From the NCBI GenBank assembly GCA_024704765.1, contig JAKMXF010000233.1, forward strand, positions 62,001 through 126,000: DNA of 64,000 nucleotides. The letters run 5' to 3'. The notes under the pieces are model-generated. The model worked only from the letters and a program-made list of their open reading frames with translations. It did not search any database and was not told where the DNA came from. Shown piece by piece: positions 24,019-35,050 of the stretch (its first letter is position 1; each line of letters starts with the position of its first letter). The translations under genes were made by a program, and so were the position numbers. The DNA comes from Oopsacas minuta (taxonomy: Eukaryota; Animalia; Porifera).

Positions 24019-25928
24019 ATGAGGGAAATGGTACAAATTCAAGTTGGACATCATGGAAACCAAATAGGATACAAGGTGAGCTTATTAATATTAGAACTAC
24101 AGTCAAACCTGCCTAACGGGCACCTCTGTATAACGGTCACCTGCACATAGCGGCCACCTAAAAACACTCCTTCCGATTCCAATTATAATGACCTCTCTAT
24201 AGCGGCCACCATTTTTGTCCCTTACTGCCGCTAAAACTGTCTGTGACGGCCACTACCTCTATATAACAGCCAGTTTCTTTATCTAACGACCACTTTATAT
24301 AGTGGTCGCCTCCCACCATAAGGTCTACCTTTGACAAGTCCCTGGGTGACCATCATTAACTGTATTATCTTAAATATCGGTCACTTGTCCTAAAGGCCAA
24401 CTTCTGTATATCACCACCAACAATTTAAAATTACTACCACACTCGTTATAACGGTCAAGCTCTCTATGGCGGCTACTTTTGGCCAGTCTCTTCAGTGGCC
24501 GTTATAGACAAGTTTGACTATATATCAAAATAATCATTAGTATTTATTACATATATAAACTATTGGATACTTTTTGGACACTTTTGCAAACATTAAAAAC
24601 CAAGTTTACCAACAATAACTTCGTGGTACATAAAACTTATAATAATACATAGGTGACCCCCAATGGTAAGTAACCGAATATAATTACTTGTTTATCCCCA
24701 CTAGTTCTGGGAGTTTATTGGAAGTGAACACAACATAGACATAAATGGCATTCCATTACCAAATGATGATCCTTTCGACTCAAAGGTAAGACAAGAACGT
24801 GCCAATATCTACTATAACGAGACAAAAGCTGGAGTATACATACCAAGAACAGTTCTTGTAGATTTAGATCCTAAGTTCTTAATTGCTGGTCCTCTGTCCA
24901 ATCTGATCCCTAAATGCAACATTATTTATGGATATGGTGGGTGTAATAATAATTGGGCGAAAGGTCATTACACAGATGGTGCTGAAATGATAGATACAAT
25001 ACTAGAGGGTATCCGTAGAGAGGTAGAGTGCTGTGATGCTTTACAGGGATTTCAAATCCCTCATTCACTGGGTGGAGGCACAGGTGCAGGCTTAGGTACA
25101 CTTATTATCTCAAAGTTAAGAGAGGAGTATCCTGATCGGTCCATAATATCATTCAGCGTTACACCTTACTCGAATGCAGGCGATTCAGTGGTAGCTCCTT
25201 ACAATGCAATACTAGCACTTCATCAACTTATGGAAAACACTGATCAAACGTTGCTAATTGACAATGAGGCTTTACTTAAACATTCTTACGGACTTGAGAA
25301 AGGTAATTTCAATAATATGAATTCTTTAGTAGCAAGTATGATGTCTGGACTAACCTCTTGCTTTCGCTTCTCCTCTCCTCTCAACTTGAATTTACAAAAA
25401 ATAGGTGTAAAAATGATCCCATTCCCACGCTTGCACTTCTTCATTTCAGCAGTTGCTCCTAACGCATATGAATCAAAAGTAAGCCACAAGCAAACTTCTG
25501 TTGCAGACCTGACTCAACAAATGTTTGTTCCTAATTATTCCCTAACATCATGTGATCCTTGTAAGGGCAAACACCTTGCTACCACTACTCTATATCAAGG
25601 ATTGATTTCAATTAAAGAAATTGAGGATCAATTACGCATCATACAACCCACTGTAAAGTTTGCAAGAGGATGTTCTGAAAATATTACGACAGCCCTGTGC
25701 AGCATTCCCCAAAAGGATCAAGCAATCAGTTCGACATATGTTATTAACTCTACTGCTATAAAGTGTAGTATACTCCGATTATGTGAGGATTTTAAGAAAC
25801 TTTATGAAAGCTCAGCATTTTTACATTCTTACATTGGGGAGGGCATGGATAATATGGAATTTCTCGAAGCTCTTTCAAACTGTGAGGATCTTGTTACTGA
25901 GTACAAACAATATGAACGTTATTTGTAA
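24019..25928 (+). CDS. Highly divergent beta-tubulin-like protein, 426 aa, two exons (24019-24075, 24705-25928)
   Basis: MREMVQIQVGHHGNQIGYK | FWE..., with the intron after codon 19 as in animal beta-tubulins. NNWAKGHYT, HSLGGGTGAGLG, IDNEAL, PFPRLHFF and GEGMDNMEF motifs. No acidic C-terminal tail. Confidence 0.9.
24100..24520. mobile_element. pogo/Tigger-type MITE inside the tubulin intron
   Basis: TA-cagtcaaacct ... aagtttgacta-TA, with internal repeats of the acctct(a/g)ta(a/g)cggccacc type. Confidence 0.7.
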
Positions 25929-26337
25929 GTTTGTTTCATAATTACGTATATTTAGGGAACTTTGCAAATATACTCTTGTAAGTAGTATCTGAGAGTTTGT
26001 TTATTTTGTATGTTGTATGTCTGAGTTTGTACATAAGACTAGATGACTAGATATTTCATAACATACATATGTTTGCTGTTATGATGGTCACAATGGCTGA
26101 GGAAGGTGCTAAATATCGGTCAGGCTATTGGGTTGATCTAATCTAAAATGGTCAGGCACAGCCATACAATAGGACAGGTTATCGAAAAAGTAGCTATGTC
26201 ATAGCCTGATTGCCCTGAGTCCTCATTTCACTCTTCATGTAACCTCAAATTCCTCATTCTTGTAAGTATGTATGTATTATTAATAATTTATTTATATTTT
26301 TATCACATTACTGCCATTTAAAGACAATATTAGTCAA

Positions 26338-27004
26338 ATGAAAGATTTCCTCTACATATCATATATTATTTGTTTCATATCTGCTTCAACATTAATTGGA
26401 CCAGTATTTCTTCTGGATGAATGCAATTCAAATGTATTAGGGAAGAATTTTGTTTTGGGATTCCCTGATAATTACGAGCTACAGGAACCCAATATTCAGT
26501 TACATATCCTGTTAGTATCATTCAATACAGAAATGACTCAAGTGAAGTTGACAGGCAAGTTTCCCCTCTCAAATGGTTCCACTTTCGGTAAAATAGTATC
26601 TCTACATCCTGGTGAGTATGAACGTGTGATAGTGCCTTCAGAGTATGAAATTATAGGAACTGAGAAAAGTTTAAAAACTATTGAAATAGAATCTGATTAC
26701 AAGATATCAGTATACGCTATTCACTTAGAAGCTTTCACAACTGATGGGTACTTAGCTATCCCCTGTTGAAAATCTTGGTACTCAGTATGTTATAGCTACA
26801 TATCAGAGTACGAGGACCGCCTTTAATACATTATTTGCGATACTATCTACAACAGATAATACAGTAGTGACAGTACTGCTAAGTAATGAAGTCATTTATA
26901 ATGGCACAACCTACTCACAAGGAGATACACTGACTCTAGAGCTGAAGAGATATGAGGCTGTTCAAATTCAAAGTGCTACATCTTCTTTAGACAATGATTT
27001 AACT
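26338..27004 (+). pseudogene. Truncated IgGFc-binding-domain gene copy (signal peptide + start of domain), cut by a hAT element
   Basis: 26419-27004 is nearly identical to the reverse complement of 34386-34969. Extra C in C4 at 26760-26763 shifts the frame. Similarity stops exactly at the hAT TIR. Confidence 0.85.
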
Positions 27005-29405
27005 CAGGGGTGCCCAACTCGATTTAATTGCGGCCCACATTGGCTTCCTCAATAGTTTGGTGGGCCACATGGACCAATTTATAATTTTCAGATTTATTTA
27101 GAGAAAATTTGTTGGAATATCCAAGTGGAAATGCTACAGAAAGGGAACACACATATGAAATATTGGCAGACTACAGAAAATGATCAAAAATACTAACTAA
27201 TAAGAAACCCGAATACTCATTTTACCACCGCTAATACGAGTACAGACAATGATTTACTACTTTGACATGGATGACGATTGATGACGCATAGGTCTGACTA
27301 TATGGTCGATGTTTTGTTCCATATCCGTAGTAGCTATTCTTAATGTATCTTCGAGATGTCTATCAGTTAAAACAGTTCTGCATTTGCTTTTTACTAGCTT
27401 CATTTGGGAGAACAGTTGTTCACATATGTATGTGCTCCCAAATAAACAAGCCATCATCTTACAATGCTTGATAAGATTGGGGTAATCTGATGATGATAAA
27501 TACTTTTGATAAAAGTCCATCAGTGTGACATCATTGAATTTTGCTTTCAAGTCCTGGTTACATTACATGTCAACCAATTCTAGCTGGAGATGCTCGGGGA
27601 GTTCAATAGGTTCTAAAGGGAAATGATTTGAGAATATAGCGAAGTTTACAATATTGCTACGAAGATCTTTAAATCTATTCTCGAATTCTTTGCGCAGGGA
27701 ATTGATTTCGATTGCGTATACACCTGTATCTGGAGGGGAATGTTTTGATAAGGTTTCAAAGTGATAAAGATTTCCTTCTATTAATTGTTTTTCCCATATC
27801 TCGAGCTTTCTTCCAAAAGCGCAAATGAAGTCAAACAAATTGTGAATAAGCAGATTTTTCCTTGTAATTTTGAGTTGAGGTTATTCAAATATTGAGTGAT
27901 ATCGACCAAAAATGCCAAGTCACACAACCATAATGGATCATTGAGATGAAAAACTGGTTTCCCCTTCTCCTCCATAAAATGAAATACTTCTTCTTTGAGT
28001 TCATAAAAGCGTCGAAGCATCGCACCCCTACTTAACCATCGTACTTCCGTATAGTAAAGAAGGTCTCCATATTGAGAATCCATTTCGTCTAAAAGTTTTC
28101 GAAATTGTCGATGATTGAGTCCTCGAGCACGAATGAAGTTGACAGTTTTCACTGCTATTTCCATTACACCCTGCATTCTTAATGACTTTGAACAGAGATT
28201 TTCCTGGTGAATTATACAATGCACTTTGACTAATTTCATAGTACTACTTCCTGAATTGATCCTTTCTTTCTCCAGAAGAGCAACGAAGCCCCTTTCCTTC
28301 CCAATCATTGATGGTGCGCCATCTGTCGTTACCCCACATAAATTATTCAACTTAAGTCCGATAGCATCAATTCCATTCATCACCGCTTTATAAATATCAA
28401 CTCCAGTTGTTTTATCGTGAAGGCTGTGTAAGTTCGCCAATTCTTCTGTAAGATTAAACTTTGAATCGATTCCTCTTACAAAAACAGCAAGTTGGGCAGT
28501 ATCAGTGGCATCTGTGCTCTCATCAAGGGCCAGAGAATAGTACTGGAACTCACTCGCACGTTTTTCTAAAGTAAGTTTTAAGTCTGTTGATAAGTTTTCT
28601 ATCCTACGGCTAATTGTCATTCTTGAAAGGCTAATGTTTTCAAATAACTTCTGTTTCTCTGGGCACATAATTTGCGCCAAAGTAATAACACACTCCTTGA
28701 TAAATTCACCATCAGTAAATGGCTTATATTTCTTTGCAATAAGTTTGGAAATGGCAAAGCTTGCACGAACAGCTTTTTCTGACTCAGAATTAGTATTTGT
28801 AAAAGTATTTTGCTGGACCGAAAGTTCCCTTATTAATGATTGTACTCTATCCTTCCGTATCTGCCCTGAGCATGCTTTGTAATCTTGATGTTTAGCACTA
28901 TAGTGTCTTTGGATGTTGTACTCTTTCATCACTGCGATGACCTGCTTGCATATTAAGCAAGTTGGTTTGTTTTTGAAGTTGGTGAAAAAGTATTTCTCGG
29001 TCCAGCTGTCGTTGAAAGTTCTACTCTCGATATCAACTTTCCTTTTCTTAGAACAAGGCTCCATTAATATAAATGATATATATATTCTACAGGTAATTTA
29101 GGAGATGAGTAAACGCAGTATCTGAATTTCAATTATAAGCTTAGAATTATACTAGTTTATATTTATACACCGCTAAGGATTATTATTACTAAACACATGC
29201 ACCTGTCGTGTATTGAAAATGAATAAGAATCCTCAAAATGTCAAATACATTGAAATTCGACACCCAGTATGAATGCTATCGAAATGTGGCTTAGGAATTG
29301 TTCATGAAGAAATAGTATATATTACAAAGTGCAAATTTGCGCGGGCCGGATAAAATTATTACGCGGGCCAGATTTGGCCCGCGGGCCGTATGTTGGGCAC
29401 CCCTG
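27005..29405 (-). mobile_element. Full-length hAT DNA transposon (SPIN/Charlie/GTF2IRD2-like)
   Basis: Perfect 14-bp TIR CAGGGGTGCCCAAC / GTTGGGCACCCCTG, gcggccc/gggccgc subterminal motifs, internal transposase. Flanking 8-mers atttaact and gtgtataa do not match. Confidence 0.95.
27257..29064 (-). pseudogene. hAT transposase with one frameshift and one nonsense codon
   Basis: BED-like N-terminus (CLICK...RHY..KH), LALDESTD, TTDGAPSM, HCIIHQE, RWLS and YICEQLFS motifs. One A missing at 27855-27859 (LQGK|NLLIHN); in-frame TAA at 27563-27565 (DM*CNQDL). Confidence 0.9.
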
Positions 29406-29745
29406 GTGTATAACGTACTATCATCCAGAAAGACAATTCGAATTTCTCCATAAACTCTCTTAGCAATAGTATATTCCTTATTTCCTTATTTCTTCATTTT
29501 ATTTGTTTCTCTTACTTTCTTAATTATATTTCTAAATATTTTTACGGTTATTACCACGTTTGTTCGTCTTTAGTTGGGAATATTACTTTCATGTATTAGC
29601 TAGTTTATTACATGACTAATAAACGTGCTCTTCCCCTAAACTATTATTTAATTGTCATTCTTCCTTCACTTGCTTGTTATCATAATAGCTAATTGATGTA
29701 TTTATTTTCTATAATTATATTTGCTCAGAATACAAATTTCAAACA

Positions 29746-30304
29746 CAGGGTGTTTCACCATTTCTATCACAAAAATATCATTTTTTGCTAAAAAGTATAG
29801 AACCACCTGGTTCATTATTTTTTAATTTATTCAGGAGTTTAAGACATTTTTATATCGCAAAGATGGAGTAGTTGAGTGATACCCAAAGTAAATACAGATG
29901 GTGGAATTCTATCCTTGAAATAGGTCAATTTTAGGAGTCACCGCAAAGTAAGTCATTATGATGTCATCCTCGGAATGTTCCATTAAAGTCTATAAAACCA
30001 ATCGCCCAATTCTTGAAGAACCCAGAACTAAAGTTTAATACATTATCTCACAAATAACGCCACTTACTTGTATAATAAACCAGATAAATATTTTGGTATC
30101 AGCTTAAACATGTTATGGCAGAAAAGGATCTAACTTTGAACTTACTATTTATGAACAAATTTCGTTTGGTTGTAACCGTTTGTTTCTTTGTTTTCATAAA
30201 TGTCAATACATTATCTATCATATGAGACCAAGTTTATTTATTTATCTTGGTCATGAGTTTAATTCAAGCAATTTCTTATTGTGAATCGATCGGTGAAACA
30301 CCTG
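29746..30304. mobile_element. Tc1/mariner-type non-autonomous element
   Basis: cagggtgtttcacc ... ggtgaaacacctg-TA termini. Confidence 0.6.
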
Positions 30305-31516
30305 TACTTCTCCAAATCATTTTTCAGGCGATTCTAACTTTAATCGCAAAATTCTAAACATGAACATATTTTCGTAATCAATACACTATTTTCTTATAGC
30401 TCTGCAATGAATCACCTCTACTTCACTTATTTTCAAATATTATAGACTGAAATTGTATAGTACTTGCGATCCAAAGTATTTATGAGATTTAGCACATTTT
30501 ACATTTAGTAGAACTGTAATTCTATAACTGGTCTTATGTCTCTGTACCTCCTGGGTGTATCTGGAGCGATATCTAGTTTTTGTTCGAACGAAATAATGAA
30601 TAATGAACAATGAACCACCCGCCCCAATGAGAAATTCGAATAGCCTTATGTGTAAGTATAACCATTATAATTTAGGGCTGGATTACTATACTCCATATTA
30701 GATGTTGTTGTATTCCTGAAGGAGAGATTTAATCCCAATTATATATAATTACGTTCCCAACTTTCAACCACAATACAATAGAGATATACTACCATATAAG
30801 GAATTAAAGGTAGGGATGATACATCTGTTGATGAGTCATATAATTCAAATACTGGGTACAATGTGATATTGAGTTATGAAATTTAATCCAGTTTGATACA
30901 AAAATATTGTCTTACAAACCATCAACAAAGCGTAAAGGCGGTATTCAATTTTAAATATTGATTTGGACAGCGAATTTAAGAGAATCTAAAAATCTAAAAT
31001 TACAATATGCTCCGACATCAATTTATACCCAGGGGATTAATCTATGCTAGCCCAGTTTAACCTCCGCGGTATATTCAGTCCTAGTCTAGTTTATACTCGG
31101 GGTTAAACGGGGTGGGAATTAATCTGGGCTGCTACACTGGAAATTAGGCATGCCCCATAAATCGCAGGATACCATTACAATCCTGCAAACGAATAACTGT
31201 TCCAATTAACAAGAAACAAAACTAGGGAGCACTTACTCCTGCCCTTCTCCCAGAGTTAGCGCTAATAGCACACTTTTTGTGGAATTTCTGCCCAAGATTG
31301 CAATAGGGCATCTCCCTGTCCCCGTGACTACTACAAATACCAAGGCAAGAATCTAGAATATATGATTGATAAAATTAACAATGAATTGAATAAAATGAAA
31401 AAATAGGAAAAGAAAGTAGATAAAAAGATAGAATGTGTGATAATAAATTCGCAAAAAAAGGAAATTACTTAGTTAGCCTACATAGTAAGAAGAAAAAGAA
31501 GTAAAGGGTATATACT

Positions 31517-34500
31517 TCATCTTCTGGACGATCTCAAGTATTGAATGATGGATAGTATGATTCCAATAACAGAAATCATGAGAAGAATAAGTAGTATAGC
31601 TACGATGATAGCGACAGTAATGAATACGCTATTACTTATTGAATTACAAGATGGGAAAGAATCGGACCAGATGCCATCTCCACTACAGCTGATTATCTCA
31701 GGGCCTTCAAGGGCAAAACCATCATAACATTGTATTCTGATAACATTACCAGCGAAATAAACAGATCCATTGAAATACCCATTCTCAACCAAACCTGGAA
31801 ACCCACAACTGATAGTTTTGACAGAATTGTTCATGATTTCTTCTACAATATTTGTAAATATCAGAGTCTCATTAGCGAATGATAACACCCCAGTAGTTAC
31901 AGCATCAAACAGACAAGGGAAAGAGTCCCCACAGAGTTCTTTAACTTCAGAACTCACTTGTTCTAGATCTGGTGAAATGAATGATGGTAGAAAAGAGGGG
32001 GATAGAATAGGTATTGTAATCGAATGGTGTTTGATAACTGAATATTGAATCAGATTCACTTATCATCCATTCTAAGCCAAATTCATAATGTATTTGTGAG
32101 AGAGTTGAATTAGTCAGAATGCTACTACCATCAGGTGACGTCAGATCATCACTAGTGTCCCCGTTAAAGTTACCAAGGAGACCTTCCATGTTCCCTTTGA
32201 ATATATCAATCAATTGAAGGAGAAATGACATAAATTCAGAGAAAAGATAGATTCTCAAAGATACTCCACTGTTGAATTGGACATTAACTTGTGAGAAATC
32301 CTCCGTAATTCTAAGAGTTACTCCATTTGCTATTCTCTTCAATAGGATACCATCTTTGAGTTGGAAGGATTCATTATCAATGAAAATGAGAGTTTGATTA
32401 AGAATATTTCTCTGTAACTGAATCTTGCTAGAATTGTGTGTTTGAATAGCAAATGCTGTGTAAACTGAAGCGCCGGTATTCAGATATATTTCCATACGAG
32501 CTTGAAATGTAAAGTTGTAGAGTGGAGATATAGCTAATGTGAATTCTCCTGCTCCATTAAAAGTGTATTGTAGTCCATCCAATGTTGTAAAATGAGGATC
32601 CCCTTGTGTATTAGCAACAAACGGGGACTCATAAGCTGAACAGTCATCAGCTGGTCTGGCTGAGGAATAATATCCACAATTATTTGTCAGGTAACAACAG
32701 GCAAACCATGGTAATACATCGTATGTGAAATGCAATGCTATATTAAAATTAGGGCTGTAGGTATCAGCTGTACCCGCTCCTATTTCAAGGTTAATAATTC
32801 CATCTGTATAACAACACTGTTGACCTGAATTAGTACTGGAGGGTGTTGCTGATCGGAAACAAATTGAAGATCCTTCATGGAAGAAGTCAATAAATTCTGA
32901 AGATTCCTGAAAATTTGTATCAGCAAGGGCTCCCATTTCAGTACAAGGACAGGGATCTAACCCGCTGGGCATTTCTTCCAGAATGTCTTCGAATGCTGCA
33001 CAAATTGATGGATCAAGTTCAGTGGAAAAAGATACTATAGTTAAGCGAGCAGTAATATATATGTGGCTTGATTGTCGTAGTACAATTACTCCAATTGTCA
33101 AATTATCATCAACAATTAATCGTCTTCTGCGAATTGGCAAAAGGGATTCTATGGTCAAAGACAGAGTACCAGAATTCACTACTGGCATCAGAGGAGACAA
33201 AAACTCCCAAACAGGGACAGCAAATGATGGAGACAATATGAGAAAGTCTAACATTAAATCATCCCTTGATTCTACAAATAACACAGGGTCCCAAGTTAAA
33301 GATATTTCTAATCCTTCAGTATAATCGATTATAGGGATATTGTCTGAGTGTTGAATTGTTATTTGTGGCAATAAGGTTTATTCATCAGCAATGTATATTA
33401 GCCCAGTGAAAGGGAAATTATCCCCAGCATCAAGAGATACATATAATGTAATGAAACCAACCTGAAAGGTTGGCAGTGTGAAACAATTTACCACATTATA
33501 TAAATCAGTAAATTCTCCTTCTAATAACTCTTCATCATTTATTCCAACTCTACACTTAACACTACTCACATCAGAGAAGATAACTCCAGATTCACAAGGT
33601 AAACTAATGGCCAGTCTCTCTCCTCCTAACTGTCGTACATTAAACGGGTTAATTGTTACAAATCGCTCACTGCTGGGTAGGGAGAGTCCAGCTGCATAGC
33701 CATATGTTTCATCACGTTCGTATCCATATACAATAGCTGACATTGGAGATGACTCATCTACAACTTGTGTGATAAAATACAATGCTTCCATTCGAGGTAA
33801 TTCTACTATTAACAACGTATAATCAGAATCACTAATAGTAGTCTCTTTCACTAGAGAGGGTAATGAATTGTTAGCAGTAACTATTGATTGATTATTCAAT
33901 CGGATTGTAGGCCTTTCATCTGTTTTGACAATTATATTCACAAAATTAATAAACCCATTAATATTGCCTCCAGCATGTGTGGGAGTAGTGAATCCTAGAA
34001 AAGGAGTGAATTGATTCTCAGAAGGAACCTGTATTAGAGAAGGATCAACAACTGAACCATTGATACGTATTAATATTTGAACGAGCAATGCTGGTTGAGT
34101 TGTTGTAATAATTCCATTTCCATACAAATCATCTTCCCATACTTCTCCTGGTCCTAATGTTATTCCCGTACCATTATATGTAAATACAGTATTACTGAAA
34201 TATGCAATCATTCGAAATCGCGAAAAGTCACCATCATCTGGTGGGTTAGAATAGAAGTGTTTAGTTCCCCAACTATTCACTGGAATACTCTGTTCTAGAA
34301 TTACATCACAAAATGAACCTACAGAATTAGCACATTGATGACCACTAATGACAGCTATAGGGTTGTTACTATCTACAATAGATCCAGTTAAATCATTGTC
34401 TAAAGAAGATGTAGCACTTTGAATTTGAACAGCCTCATATCTCTTCAGCTCTAGAGTCAATGTATCTCCTTGTGAGTAGGTTGTGCCATTATAAATGATT

Positions 34501-35050
34501 TCATTACTTAGCAGTACTGTCACTACTGTATTATCTGTTGTAGCTAGTATCGCAAATAATGTATTATCTCCGTTTCTCGTACTCTGATATGTAGCTATAA
34601 CATACTGAGTACCAAGGTTTTCAACAGGAATAGCTAAGTACCATCAGTTGTGAAAGCTTCTAAGTGAATAGCGTATACTGATATCTTGTAATCAGATTCT
34701 ATTTCAATAGTTTTTAAACTTTTCTCAGTTCCTATAATTTCATACTCTGAAGGCACTATCACACGTTCATACTCACCAGGATGTAGAGATACTATTTTAC
34801 CGAAAGTGGAACCATTTGAGAAGGGAAACTTGCCTGTCAACTTCACTTGAGTCATTTCTGTATTGAATGATACTAACAGGATATGTAACTGAATATTGGG
34901 GTTTTGTAGCGCGTAATTATCAGGGAATCCCAAAACAAAATTCTTCCCTAATACATTTGAATTGCACTCACTTCGTGCACCTACTGGTTCCAGCAATATC
35001 CCCATAGAAAAGAGAATGAATAGAAATGAGTTGCTGATATTAGCCAACAT
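31517..35050 (-). CDS. Type I membrane protein: signal peptide, IgGFc-binding domain, Ig/IPT-like domain, AMOP, VWD, Sushi, TM (SUSD2/Mesh/MUC4-like), about 1177 codons, intronless, three lesions
   Basis: ORFs 34634-35050, 33378-34523, 31947-33371 and 31517-32059 are colinear parts of one protein. AMOP CPCT...CFRS...GQQCCY; VWD GDPHFTTLDG; Sushi CGFPG...C...W..P.C; TM before YLRSSRR*. Lesions: missing base at 34641-34642, in-frame TAA 33378-33380, extra base in G5 at 31997-32001. Confidence 0.85.

Noticed and set aside
31545-33699. Plus-strand ORFs overlapping the AMOP/VWD gene
   Set aside because: Antisense shadows with no motifs; the minus strand explains the sequence fully.
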